Below, piece after piece: positions 1-9,526 of a DNA stretch of 64,000 bases. The translations under genes and the position numbers were made by a program. Where the stretch lies: contig JBQLZK010000006.1 of NCBI GenBank assembly GCA_052168235.1, forward strand, positions 64,001 to 128,000, in the 5' to 3' direction. The notes under the pieces were generated by a model. It had not been told where the DNA came from, made no database searches, and worked only from the letters and a program-made list of their open reading frames with translations. How positions within the stretch are numbered: position 1 is the first letter of the stretch; each line of letters starts with the position of its first letter. This DNA comes from Thainema sp. (GTDB lineage: Bacteria; Cyanobacteriota; Cyanobacteriia; Phormidesmidales; Phormidesmidaceae).

Positions 1-322
1 TACACCCCAGCAGACGCGACAGCTCCAGCGTTTACTCGCCTACGTGGTGCGGGCAGGCTATCCGGATCAGAATGTGAATTGGGCCGAAGTGCAGCCCCAT
101 TTACAGGTGCTGGGCTTTGACGAGATGATGCAGCGTGGGATTCAGTCGGCAGCGAAAATTCCCCAGTCACTGGACGTGCTAATGGATGACTTAGATTCAG
201 ATGTGGCCGCAGTGGCGCTGCCAATGGCGGTAAGTATCGCCCTGCTAGATCGGCAGGTCAATTCATCGGAAGATCAGGCACTGGCGGCGCTGTTTGACGC
301 GATGAAACAGCCTGTAGCGTGA
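1..322 (+). CDS. 3' part of a hypothetical protein, truncated by the window edge
   Basis: Frame is open from base 2 (TPQQTRQLQRLLAYVVRAG...) to TGA at 320-322 and is followed by a REP-like hairpin. Confidence 0.6.
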   Translation, partial: TPQQTRQLQRLLAYVVRAGYPDQNVNWAEVQPHLQVLGFDEMMQRGIQSAAKIPQSLDVLMDDLDSDVAAVALPMAVSIALLDRQVNSSEDQALAALFDAMKQPVA

Positions 323-336
323 TTTACGTTACGCAA

Positions 337-360
337 GGGCGAATGGCCATTCGCCCCTAC
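337..360 (-). repeat. GTAG-type REP-like palindrome
   Basis: Perfect 20-bp palindrome GGGCGAATGGCCATTCGCCC followed by CTAC (GTAG on the minus strand), between convergent genes. Confidence 0.7.
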
Positions 361-369
361 AGGCATGTT

Positions 370-1584
370 CTATTCAGATGGAGATGATGCGGTGGGCGAC
401 ATGACGGCGAATTCGCCGGAGGGCTTGATGTAGCGCCATTGGTCGCCTTGTTTGACGGAGGCGAGGCCGTTGGAGAATTTTCCGGCGCGATCAAACTGGG
501 GTTCAATAATCATCTGGCCGGACTGGTCGATGTAGCCGTATTGGCTGCCAACGAGGACAGCGGCTTTGCCTTCCGAGAAGTTTTCTACATAGTCATATTG
601 AGGTGCGATCGCAACTTTTCCCGTTTTGTCGATATAGCCCCAGCGGTTGTCGATCATCACGCCCGCCAGTCCTTCTGAGAAATCGGTGGCGAATTCATAC
701 TGTAAATCAACGACCACATTGCCATCGGCATCAACGAAGCCCCATTGTGTCCCTTGCCGGACGCGGCCCAGGCTGTCTGAAAATTCAAATACGCCGTCAT
801 ACTGGGGTTCAACAACCCATTCGCCAGTGGGATTGATGTAGCCCCACTTTTCGCTGGCGTTGCGGGCGGCGGCCCGCTGTTCGGAGAAATTCCAGGCGTC
901 TGTGAGTCCAGGCAGAATAGTGAGTTGACCGCTTTTATCCACATAGCCATAGCTGGAGCCCCGTTTGATGGCGGCCAGCCCCTCGGAGAATTTAGCGGCT
1001 AGATCGAACTGGGGCGAAATCACCATGTTGCCGCTGGAGTCGATGTAGCCATATTTCTGCAGCTTCACCGCTGCCAGCCCTTCTGAAAATGGGGAAGCTT
1101 GCTGATACTGCGGCGCGATCGCAAGTTCGCCTGCCCGGTTCAAATAGCCGTAGCCGAGACCGACTTTGGCGATTGCCAGTTCTTCTGAGAAGACGGATGC
1201 TTCTTCAACATTGGGATCAACTGCGATCGCAAGTTTCCCGTCGGGATAGATATAGGCCAGTCGGTCTTCCACGCGAACGAGAGCCATTCCTTCAGCAAAA
1301 TCGGAGGCAAAATCAAACTGCAGCATGATTGAGGATGAAGACGGTGACGAATCGGTATCCTCTAAATCATCTAACGTTTCGGGCGATGTTTCGGGCAATG
1401 TTTCGGATGGTTCAGTTGAAGGAGTGGGTGGCTGAACGTCAGATTTTCGACCCAACCCCAATCTGAGGATAGACAGTTGCCCATCGGGGCGTTCTGGAAT
1501 GCGGTCTTGGCAACCTGTAATCCCGGCAGCGGCGACGATTAGACATCCCAAGGCAGAACGAACGGTGTGAAAGTGAGGTGACAT
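370..1584 (-). CDS. WG (KWG) repeat-containing protein, probable lipoprotein
   Basis: About eight repeats of FSEGLAAVK...YGYIDxxG. N-terminal hydrophobic stretch ends in a lipobox-like ITGC. ATG 1584 is preferred over TTG 1605. Confidence 0.9.
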   Translation of the reverse strand: MSPHFHTVRSALGCLIVAAAGITGCQDRIPERPDGQLSILRLGLGRKSDVQPPTPSTEPSETLPETSPETLDDLEDTDSSPSSSSIMLQFDFASDFAEGMALVRVEDRLAYIYPDGKLAIAVDPNVEEASVFSEELAIAKVGLGYGYLNRAGELAIAPQYQQASPFSEGLAAVKLQKYGYIDSSGNMVISPQFDLAAKFSEGLAAIKRGSSYGYVDKSGQLTILPGLTDAWNFSEQRAAARNASEKWGYINPTGEWVVEPQYDGVFEFSDSLGRVRQGTQWGFVDADGNVVVDLQYEFATDFSEGLAGVMIDNRWGYIDKTGKVAIAPQYDYVENFSEGKAAVLVGSQYGYIDQSGQMIIEPQFDRAGKFSNGLASVKQGDQWRYIKPSGEFAVMSPTASSPSE

Positions 1585-1778
1585 GTGCGGTAGTGTGATG
1601 AGCAATGATTGATTCGTAGCGAACGGGGCGCAGGTTTTCCTCTTTCAGGAGATAGAACTGGCAGGTGAACGCAGCAACACAGCCGCTAGATAGCTATTTC
1701 CCAAGATGCCGGAGAGGACGGCATGATGGAGAAAGGGGCAAACAAATTGCCTACAAAAGTTGACGTTGTCAGAGAACG

Positions 1779-2882
1779 ATGAGTAAACGGGTTTTGATTT
1801 TAGGTGGACAGGGCCGCATTGGCAGCAGCGTAGCGGCAGATGTCTTGCAGTATACGACGGCTGAGGTGACGGTGACGGGGCGTGTCCCGAAGTCAAACCC
1901 GCAGACGTTTTCCCGTCCGGTGTCATCCCTCACGCTGGATTTAGAGCAGACTGCTGCGCTGGAAACTGCGATCGCAGATGCCGATCTCGTCATCCACTGC
2001 GCGGGGCCGTTTAGCTATCGGGATGGCCGGGTGCTGGATGCTTGCATTCGCCACGGGGTGAACTACATTGACGTGGCCGACAATCCGGCCTATGTAAAAA
2101 GTGCGATCGCGCAGTCTCAGCCAGCAGCGGCAGCAGGCGTGACGGCAGTGGTCAGCACCGGAGTCTTCCCCGGCATTTCCAACAGCATGGCGCGGCAGAG
2201 CGTTGAGCAGTTGGACAAGGCCGAACGCTTGCACCTCAGCTATGTCGTCTCCGGTTCCGGCGGCGCGGGCGTGACGGTGATGCGAACCACGTTTTTAGAG
2301 CTGCAGCACCCGATTAATGCTTGGATCGATGGCCAGTGGCAACCCGTAAAGCCCTACAGCCAGCGGGAAGTGGTTGATCTGCCAGATCCCTATGGTCGTT
2401 GTGGAGTGTACTGGTTCAACACGGTGGAAGCGCTAACGCTACCAATGTCGTTTCCGCTGCAAACGGTGATTACGAAGTTCGGCTCTGTGCCCGATTTTTA
2501 TAACCACCTGACCTGGATGATGGCGCACTGGCTGCCGAAGCCCGTTTTGCAGCGTCCCAGCACGGTTGAGTTTCTGGCCAAAGTCAGCTACCGGATGACG
2601 GAAGCAACCGATCGGTTTACCGGGATTGGCGTGGCAATGCGAATTGAAACTCAGGGCACGAAGGACGATCAACCGATGCGCCACGTCAGCACCGTTGTCC
2701 ATGAGGATACGGCAACTTCGGCTGGCTACGGAACGGGCAGCATAGCGGAGCTCATTCTGTCGGGCCAACTCGATAAACCGGGGGTTTGGCCCGTGGAGCA
2801 AGCACTGACAACAGAGCAGTTTGAAGCAACAATGGCTCAACGAGGACTGGTGATTGAACAATCCTCACAACCAGTCCTGTAG
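1779..2882 (+). CDS. Saccharopine dehydrogenase-like NAD(P)-dependent oxidoreductase
   Basis: Rossmann motif ILGGQGRIG, plus VIHCAGPF, NYIDV and GVFPGISN motifs. Confidence 0.85.
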   Translation: MSKRVLILGGQGRIGSSVAADVLQYTTAEVTVTGRVPKSNPQTFSRPVSSLTLDLEQTAALETAIADADLVIHCAGPFSYRDGRVLDACIRHGVNYIDVADNPAYVKSAIAQSQPAAAAGVTAVVSTGVFPGISNSMARQSVEQLDKAERLHLSYVVSGSGGAGVTVMRTTFLELQHPINAWIDGQWQPVKPYSQREVVDLPDPYGRCGVYWFNTVEALTLPMSFPLQTVITKFGSVPDFYNHLTWMMAHWLPKPVLQRPSTVEFLAKVSYRMTEATDRFTGIGVAMRIETQGTKDDQPMRHVSTVVHEDTATSAGYGTGSIAELILSGQLDKPGVWPVEQALTTEQFEATMAQRGLVIEQSSQPVL

Positions 2883-2971
2883 GTGGGTAGAGCAACGTGA
2901 AACCCAATAGCAATTGCCGCTTTTTGTGGTTTACTAAAGCCCAGTGTCTGTAAATCATTGGGTTTCACGTT
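2879..2971. repeat. REPIN-like element (paired REP inverted repeats)
   Basis: Starts GTAGGTGGG. AACGTGAAACCCAAT (2894-2908) and ATTGGGTTTCACGTT (2957-2971) are perfect 15-bp inverted repeats between convergent genes. Confidence 0.6.
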
Positions 2972-2979
2972 TCAACTTT

Positions 2980-5865
2980 TTAGAAGGTAAACTGCAAACC
3001 ACCAGAGACAAGCGGGCCATCATCATCAGTTAGAACCTCTTCTACGCGTAGGAAGATACCAGGCCCTACAGGATCGCCAGTCCCAACCGTCTCTTGAATG
3101 TGATCGCTGTTTTCGTCATAGATGAACTGGTTGAGAGCCACCTGTACCGGATTGCCGTTCACATCTTCAATCAACGTGAACATCGCATCGCCATTCTCAT
3201 CAAGCTGGGGCGCTGTCTTATAAATGGGAAAGAGGTTGCCGTCTGCATCATATCCATAAGCAGGACGCTGTTGCTCACCAAAGGGATTCACAACCAGCTC
3301 GGCGCGTAAACCGACGTCGCCACCATCACTCTGTTGACCAAGAACGACCCCTCTGGCAAAGAGTTCAGCCCGTATTGTATTGGCCGCAGCAGTCCAAGGG
3401 GTGTTACCAAAGTTGAGGACATAGCCAAGCGCCAGTTCTCCCACCAGGGGTGAAAAATTGGGATACGTGTCAGTGCTCGCTTCAGCTTGGCGATTCACTA
3501 GCACCGGATCTCCAACCGTGCTAGTCGATTGAGCATCAATCGTGGAGTCATACAAGAACTCAGTACCATGCAGGATTTCAGTACTATGCTCCTGTGATCT
3601 GTCGGTTACAACTTCTTCAAAGACTTGTTCAGGGTCTAAGGTCACTTTCAAATTAGACAGTATGCCGTCAGAATTAACATCGAAGCTCGCAATTCCCTCT
3701 TGCTGGGTCGTTGTAAAGGTGGTTTCTGTGGTTTCGGTCGTGATGGTATCAACCTGAGTAACCGGGGTATGGAAGGTATCGGTTGTGATCGTCCGAGTCA
3801 GGGTTTCGACTTGTGCTTCATAAAACGATGTGGTTGTCGTAATCACATCTTCCTGATTGCCCAAGCCCAGCGTCAGAGAACCCCGCGCATACAGTCCTCC
3901 CGCTACAGTCGTGGCATAGTAACCTGATTGTCCAGGAGCACCCGGAATCAACTCGTCTGGGGTAGAGAGAATAGTGCCAACTCGCGCATCAGCGTCGCCA
4001 GGGTTTCTATTGTCTACGGTTGCAACAGGGTCGCCACCCGGAGTCTGGACATAGCTGCCTTGAATGCCATTGAAATTGTTGGTAACGGCATTATTGCTTG
4101 GCAGCGTATCTTCTACGGCATAGACTTTGGTTGTTTCGGGCACAAAGTTGCCAGGATGATGAGCGGCAGAAATGACTCGGAATCCACCATCTGCAATTAA
4201 ATAGCCTGCTGCTTTATCTAGATTGACGGCATAAGTCTGATTCAACTGCAGCGCTTGGCCATCCTGTTGGGGAACGAGCGCATAGATCACACGCTGAGCT
4301 TGACCCGCTTCGATGGTTAGGGCATTTGTTACATAACCATCCTGATTCCATTGCGGCATAAATTCAATCCGGCCATCGCTCCATTCAATAATCAGGCCGC
4401 CCACGTTGTCGGCATAGGCAGAATCTCCCCGGCCCACTAAGTTTGGATTCGGAGGGGCAATGATGACATCTTTGTCTGTGGGCAGCTCCAACACGCCGTT
4501 GATAGGCGACAGTTGCTCACCCGGAACTACTTCATCGGGTATAGCAGGTACATAGCCAACGATGCGAGTATTGTGGTTGAGCCCAGTTGGCTGCAGCAAG
4601 CGAGGGCCATCTGGATCAGGATTGACAATGGGATTGCCATACATGTCGATCGCATCCTGATGGGTAGAGTTGAAAAACTGTGTGAGGCCGACGCTCATAA
4701 CTAAACCAGCCTGATTGTTGCCAGCCGAGGGGTTAACGCTGACAGAGCCTGTGAGCAACGTAGGAGCTGCATCCGGATTGTCATTGAGGGGAGCCAACTG
4801 ACCTGTCAGGCTGGCCCCATCGGTTCCGAGCCGAAGTTGGGCAGCGGCAGAATACTGACTGTAGATCAGCTGCTCGTCTTCGGGTGTCCTAACGCCTGCG
4901 GCATGGAATAGCGTATTCGAGTTTGTTGTAGATAGCTCTATTTCTCCATAATCACGGCTTTCCTCAACCTCAGTGAATTGCTGTGTCGAAACCGCTGTCG
5001 TTTCATCGACGGTTTGCTCTTGCCGAACGAATGGGTTAAGCGTCGTTTCGATGACTTCAGTGTAGTAGCTAATCCTGCTACTAATCTCTTGCGTCTTCTT
5101 GATGATGTGAGCTTCACCATCACCTTCTGGAAACAGAAGATAATCGCCATCGTTAAAGTCGTGGTCAAATCCATCTTCGACAGCCAAATCCCCATCATTC
5201 ACGATGTAGATGGCAGATTCATGTTCAGTGGATTGTCCACCATTCTTCCCTGGTCTTAAGTTGAGCACGCGCAGTTCGACTGTATCTTCTGCACCGTAAA
5301 CCGCGTCAACATGAGCGTTCTGGGGCAAGGATTGACCATTTGGATCAATTCGAACGCGATCGCCGCTGACAAAAACCTTTTCAGAACTCTGCAAGGTGCC
5401 ATCGGGACGATACACGTTAACTTCAATGCCTTCACCATAATGATGGTTGCCTGCACTGTGCTGAATAGCGAACCGGGTTCTCATTCGTAGAGTTTCAGTT
5501 TGCAGTTCAAAGCCAGGTGCAACCTGCTGTAATTCCTCATTAACTTGCTCATTAATATTGTCAGTATCGGCTTGAATTTCAATGCTATTAGGAGCCAATT
5601 GGCCTTCAATAACAGATTGATTATGCCGTTCTTGAATATTAAAAATTGGTTCTTGAGGCAAAGGAATGCCAGAGGAATTCCTATCAGAACCTGTGATGAT
5701 ATCAAAAGCGTTTCGATTAACTTGAATTGAACCATCCTGATTGACAAATACATTAGAAGTGGTTTGAGCATTAACGGCTTGAGGGCAGTTGATTCCTATT
5801 GAAATAAGCAATAAAGTTGAAAAGGTGTAAGCAGCTTTTTGGGAGATGAGGGCGATTCTTTTCAT
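2980..5865 (-). CDS. Large secreted hypothetical protein (961 aa), possible outer-membrane protein
   Basis: Long ORF with a Sec-type signal peptide ending AVNA|Q, Thr-rich beta-like segments, and C-terminal GGLQFTF resembling a beta-signal. Confidence 0.75.
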   Translation of the reverse strand: MKRIALISQKAAYTFSTLLLISIGINCPQAVNAQTTSNVFVNQDGSIQVNRNAFDIITGSDRNSSGIPLPQEPIFNIQERHNQSVIEGQLAPNSIEIQADTDNINEQVNEELQQVAPGFELQTETLRMRTRFAIQHSAGNHHYGEGIEVNVYRPDGTLQSSEKVFVSGDRVRIDPNGQSLPQNAHVDAVYGAEDTVELRVLNLRPGKNGGQSTEHESAIYIVNDGDLAVEDGFDHDFNDGDYLLFPEGDGEAHIIKKTQEISSRISYYTEVIETTLNPFVRQEQTVDETTAVSTQQFTEVEESRDYGEIELSTTNSNTLFHAAGVRTPEDEQLIYSQYSAAAQLRLGTDGASLTGQLAPLNDNPDAAPTLLTGSVSVNPSAGNNQAGLVMSVGLTQFFNSTHQDAIDMYGNPIVNPDPDGPRLLQPTGLNHNTRIVGYVPAIPDEVVPGEQLSPINGVLELPTDKDVIIAPPNPNLVGRGDSAYADNVGGLIIEWSDGRIEFMPQWNQDGYVTNALTIEAGQAQRVIYALVPQQDGQALQLNQTYAVNLDKAAGYLIADGGFRVISAAHHPGNFVPETTKVYAVEDTLPSNNAVTNNFNGIQGSYVQTPGGDPVATVDNRNPGDADARVGTILSTPDELIPGAPGQSGYYATTVAGGLYARGSLTLGLGNQEDVITTTTSFYEAQVETLTRTITTDTFHTPVTQVDTITTETTETTFTTTQQEGIASFDVNSDGILSNLKVTLDPEQVFEEVVTDRSQEHSTEILHGTEFLYDSTIDAQSTSTVGDPVLVNRQAEASTDTYPNFSPLVGELALGYVLNFGNTPWTAAANTIRAELFARGVVLGQQSDGGDVGLRAELVVNPFGEQQRPAYGYDADGNLFPIYKTAPQLDENGDAMFTLIEDVNGNPVQVALNQFIYDENSDHIQETVGTGDPVGPGIFLRVEEVLTDDDGPLVSGGLQFTF

Positions 5866-6494
5866 GGCTGAAATCTGTCAATTACATGGTGTTTGGGGGG
5901 CAAGCGCAACTGAGTTTATATCTCGTTGATTGTTGCTTAATGAATACTTGATGCTAAATACATCAAGCATTTACATTCTTGTTCCCGACAGATTTATTAC
6001 CCTTTTGAGTGATATTGATCAGCCGCCGTCCTTGAGTTTAAGCGCTGAAAATATAGAGTGATTGATATTGCCTTTTTGTGTGATAGTTGAAGGCAATAGG
6101 TGTGATAGGTTGCTTTTTTGCCTGTGATCAACGTCACAATGCTGCGGAGGCTGCTAAATTGATTTTCTATTTATTTCTAAATGAAATATGTTCGTTAGTG
6201 CTTTATCTGGAGCGATTTAAGATTTCGAGAACTAAAGGTAAGAATGTGTTGGTACTTCATTGAAGCGTTAATCGACAAATGTACGGTGAAATCATCACAG
6301 TGTTTAGGGCAATACTTGACCCTAGAAGAGATTTTTATCTACCCGCAGGCATATCGCAAATCCATTGCTACCAAGCCACGATGCCTTGGCCAAAGCCAAG
6401 CTTGAAACAATAACAATCTGTTATTGAGATTTACTGCTGAAAAGTGCGATCGCAGTTATCGAGCATGTCTCGACTTGGGCTTAAGCTAATATCA

Positions 6495-9326
6495 CTAGTC
6501 GAACTGAGGTGGTACTTCCTGGGGGGACAACTGATCTTCAACTGAGGGGCGAGGTGCATCTAGACCACCAGCACCGCCATTAGCCCCTGCTGCTGCCCCA
6601 TTGGCTCCACCAGCGGCATCTTCTTCGCCACCTACAACGACTGTATCGGGTTCTTCCGGTGTTGGGTCAAAGGTCTCAATCGTCACCGAGCGCACCACCT
6701 GTTCGCCTGCGCTATTGCTTACCTGGAGGCTGACCACGGTGGTGTTTGGCTGAGGACTCAGCGGTAGCGGAATGGCTCCCTGAAGCGGGACAGTGCCGGG
6801 TGCCGGCTGGAGCTGAGCGGTGGTGCCGGGGTTCGGCTCAATCGCCCAAGACAGCACCAAATTGGGTAACGGTCGGCCTTGATCGACTGGAATCACATAT
6901 TTGGTGCGGGCTGTTTCGCCATTTAGTTGAAACTTGAGAATCCGGGGGGGCCGGGGCACGATTTTGACCGGATCGGTCGTGCCAGCAATCGGTTCTTCCG
7001 GCATCCCCGATTTGGGAATCACCGTCAGCTCAAAGATGTAGTTCCCAGCCTGTCGGGCAGCCGTGGGAATGTTGCGGCAGATCAGATTCACTTCCACCAC
7101 GCAAAACGGCTCCAGGATCTCTGGCAGTCCCTCGCGCAGGTCAATCTGGACAGGCGGCAGAACCACTGCTCCTTCAGCGTTTTTGCCCACAATCTGAATG
7201 GCGCGAATTTGCTCCGGTTGGGACAGCGCCCAGTTTAAGCGCACCGTATAAGGATCGGCGGCGGGATTAACGCTGAGCTTTTCGGGGGTAAATGGATTGG
7301 CGTCGTTGGTGGGTCTAGCTGCGGGTGCTTGAGCGTTAGCTGAATTAGTGGTGGTAGTGGTTGCGATCGCAACTGGAGGGGCCGCCGGATAGCTAGGCTG
7401 GGTAGACTCAAACACCAGAATTTCCGGTAGCGGTTCGGGCGTAACTGTTACTACTGGGGTTTGCTGCTGGAGCGGCTGACCGCCTCGCCGACTGGGTTCT
7501 GGAATTAGCGTCAGGACAAAGGTGTAGTTGCCGGCGCGACGCGCATCGGTGCGCAAGTTGCGGCAGGTGAGCAGTTGCGCCTGAATGCTGCAAAATGGCT
7601 CCAGATCTTCAGGTATTTGATTGCCAGCAAACTCATAGGTTAAGGGGCCACTGATCACTGCTCCTTCTGCCGATTGGCCGATGATTTCGAGTGACTGAAT
7701 GCGTTTGGGATAGCTGACCTGAAAGCCAAGCCGCACCGCATCGCCATCGGCGACAGCATATTCGGTATCCTCCGGCGCAAAGCGAACAATTGCAGGGGAC
7801 GGGGGCGGTCGCAGCAGAAACCACCAGATCAGCCAGACAAACGTCGCCAAACCTAAAATCGCTAGCAGAATCAGCGGTAGAATTTGCCACCAGGGTCGGG
7901 ACTCCCAGACGATGTAGCCCTGCATGGGAATATCAGGGAGGGCACGACCATCGGCATCAGTCACCTGGACGCCAAAGTTGAGCAACCGCCCACCACCAAT
8001 TAGCGGGCGCTTCCACTGATTCTTGGGCTGTACATAGATCTCGCTCGTCAAGGTTTGACGCGGCGATAAATGCAGCTCTGACGGTTCCAGCCTGTATTCA
8101 CACTGGTCGCCGCCATCGAGGTGCATGACGGCAATTAGCAGATGACGAGGAATGTTGCCCTGGTTGGTGGCCTGAACGGCAAACAGTCCGGCATTGGTCT
8201 GTACGCGACTGATGAGGGTGCGAAAGCTCAGATCCACCTGGTAAATCGGCTGGATTTCCAAATAGAGCAGATCAAGCAGCGCTAAATCGGGATTATTTTC
8301 CGACAGGAGGCGCAACGTCGCGATGTAGCTGCCAGCCAGAGCTTCAGCAGGAGGGGTGATCATCAGCAGAATGATGCCGCGCGCTCCTGGGTTGAGGTCT
8401 AAATAGTCCTCTGGCAGCGATAGGCCAATATCTTGTGCCCCTTCTGGATAGGTAATGGAAAACCAGTTGGTCGGTAAGTCACTACACCGCAACCGAAATC
8501 GATCAACCCGATCGCCCCGGTTATAGACCATCACCTGAAATTGGAGGACGGTGCCGGGTAATAAGCTGGCGGGCTGAGCGGTGGTTGTGGTGGGCTGGAG
8601 AGCAAAGGTGGGATCGCTGACCTGTATTTCACTTTCGACGGGCGGCAGCACCTGCAAAATCTGGGCGTAGCGCAGCGGCGGATAGTTGGGATAGTGGCGC
8701 GGGGCGTCAACGGTCAGCCAGTAGCGATGGGTATCGGGCAGTGCATCAACGGGGATTTGGAACCGGAAGAGGACTTCGCCGCTTTGACCGGGACTGAGGG
8801 CCAGCCGTTCTTGGGTGGATTCACACCAGGAGTAAAGCGCGGGTGGCAAATCATCGATAAAGATGTCAATAATCGCGCTCTGATTGCCTTTATTCGTAAT
8901 CGTGGCGCTGAGATCGAGGCTGGCACCGGGTGTCACCACATCTTCGCCGGAGGAGTTGAGGATGACAGTGATGGGCTGTTCGGGGGCAGCGTTGGTCGAG
9001 ATAATGCTGCTGCTGGTGTCGCGATTCAGTAGCTCGGCATCGACGTAATATAGGGGATTGCCTGGATCTGAAGAGGTGACGATCTTGACATAGCCCTGCT
9101 GGACGAGATCGTCTAAAACAGTCGGTAATCGAAGATCGGTGTAGTCATCAACTCCCAACGCGGCCTCAATTTGTTGGGCACTTGCTGCTCCCTGCCGCAC
9201 CAGGCACAAGACAACCTGTCGATGAGATTCGGGTAGCGCAAATAGATCAGCAACGCTCATGTCAGTAGAGCGATCCTGGCCGACAGCAGATTGGGAGGGA
9301 TCGGAATCGAATTGGCGTCCGGTCAT
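6495..9326 (-). CDS. CIS-associated single-pass membrane protein with Ig-like (COG1470-like) repeats
   Basis: Last gene of the baseplate operon. Has repeated N-x-G-N/D Ig-like modules, one TM helix (WWQILPLILLAILGLATFVWLIWWFLL) and a duplicated Cys-pair domain. Confidence 0.75.
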   Translation of the reverse strand: MTGRQFDSDPSQSAVGQDRSTDMSVADLFALPESHRQVVLCLVRQGAASAQQIEAALGVDDYTDLRLPTVLDDLVQQGYVKIVTSSDPGNPLYYVDAELLNRDTSSSIISTNAAPEQPITVILNSSGEDVVTPGASLDLSATITNKGNQSAIIDIFIDDLPPALYSWCESTQERLALSPGQSGEVLFRFQIPVDALPDTHRYWLTVDAPRHYPNYPPLRYAQILQVLPPVESEIQVSDPTFALQPTTTTAQPASLLPGTVLQFQVMVYNRGDRVDRFRLRCSDLPTNWFSITYPEGAQDIGLSLPEDYLDLNPGARGIILLMITPPAEALAGSYIATLRLLSENNPDLALLDLLYLEIQPIYQVDLSFRTLISRVQTNAGLFAVQATNQGNIPRHLLIAVMHLDGGDQCEYRLEPSELHLSPRQTLTSEIYVQPKNQWKRPLIGGGRLLNFGVQVTDADGRALPDIPMQGYIVWESRPWWQILPLILLAILGLATFVWLIWWFLLRPPPSPAIVRFAPEDTEYAVADGDAVRLGFQVSYPKRIQSLEIIGQSAEGAVISGPLTYEFAGNQIPEDLEPFCSIQAQLLTCRNLRTDARRAGNYTFVLTLIPEPSRRGGQPLQQQTPVVTVTPEPLPEILVFESTQPSYPAAPPVAIATTTTTNSANAQAPAARPTNDANPFTPEKLSVNPAADPYTVRLNWALSQPEQIRAIQIVGKNAEGAVVLPPVQIDLREGLPEILEPFCVVEVNLICRNIPTAARQAGNYIFELTVIPKSGMPEEPIAGTTDPVKIVPRPPRILKFQLNGETARTKYVIPVDQGRPLPNLVLSWAIEPNPGTTAQLQPAPGTVPLQGAIPLPLSPQPNTTVVSLQVSNSAGEQVVRSVTIETFDPTPEEPDTVVVGGEEDAAGGANGAAAGANGGAGGLDAPRPSVEDQLSPQEVPPQFD

Positions 9327-9500
9327 CTTACAAGCATGGGTACAAGCGGATTGGTGAGTTCAAGTTTCAGGATTTCGATTCAGGTCTTTATTTGTATCAC
9401 ACGGTAGGCAGTGCCTATTGTCCTAGTACATTGAGCTTAAACTAGGTGGGTTAAGCGATCGCAAAACGCGACGTTGGAGTGCTTTTTAGGGGATTAACAC

Positions 9501-9522
9501 GGTGGGCACTGCCCAACCCTAC
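9501..9522 (-). repeat. GTAG-type REP-like element
   Basis: Minus strand reads GTAGGGTTGGGCAGTGCCCACC, directly after the stop of the WD40 gene. Confidence 0.6.
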
Positions 9523-9526
9523 AGAT

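Noticed and set aside
2980..5865. 961-aa protein as CIS tube cargo or toxin
   Set aside because: It has a Sec-type signal peptide and a terminal beta-signal, which is inconsistent with cytoplasmic loading; no toxin motif was recognised.
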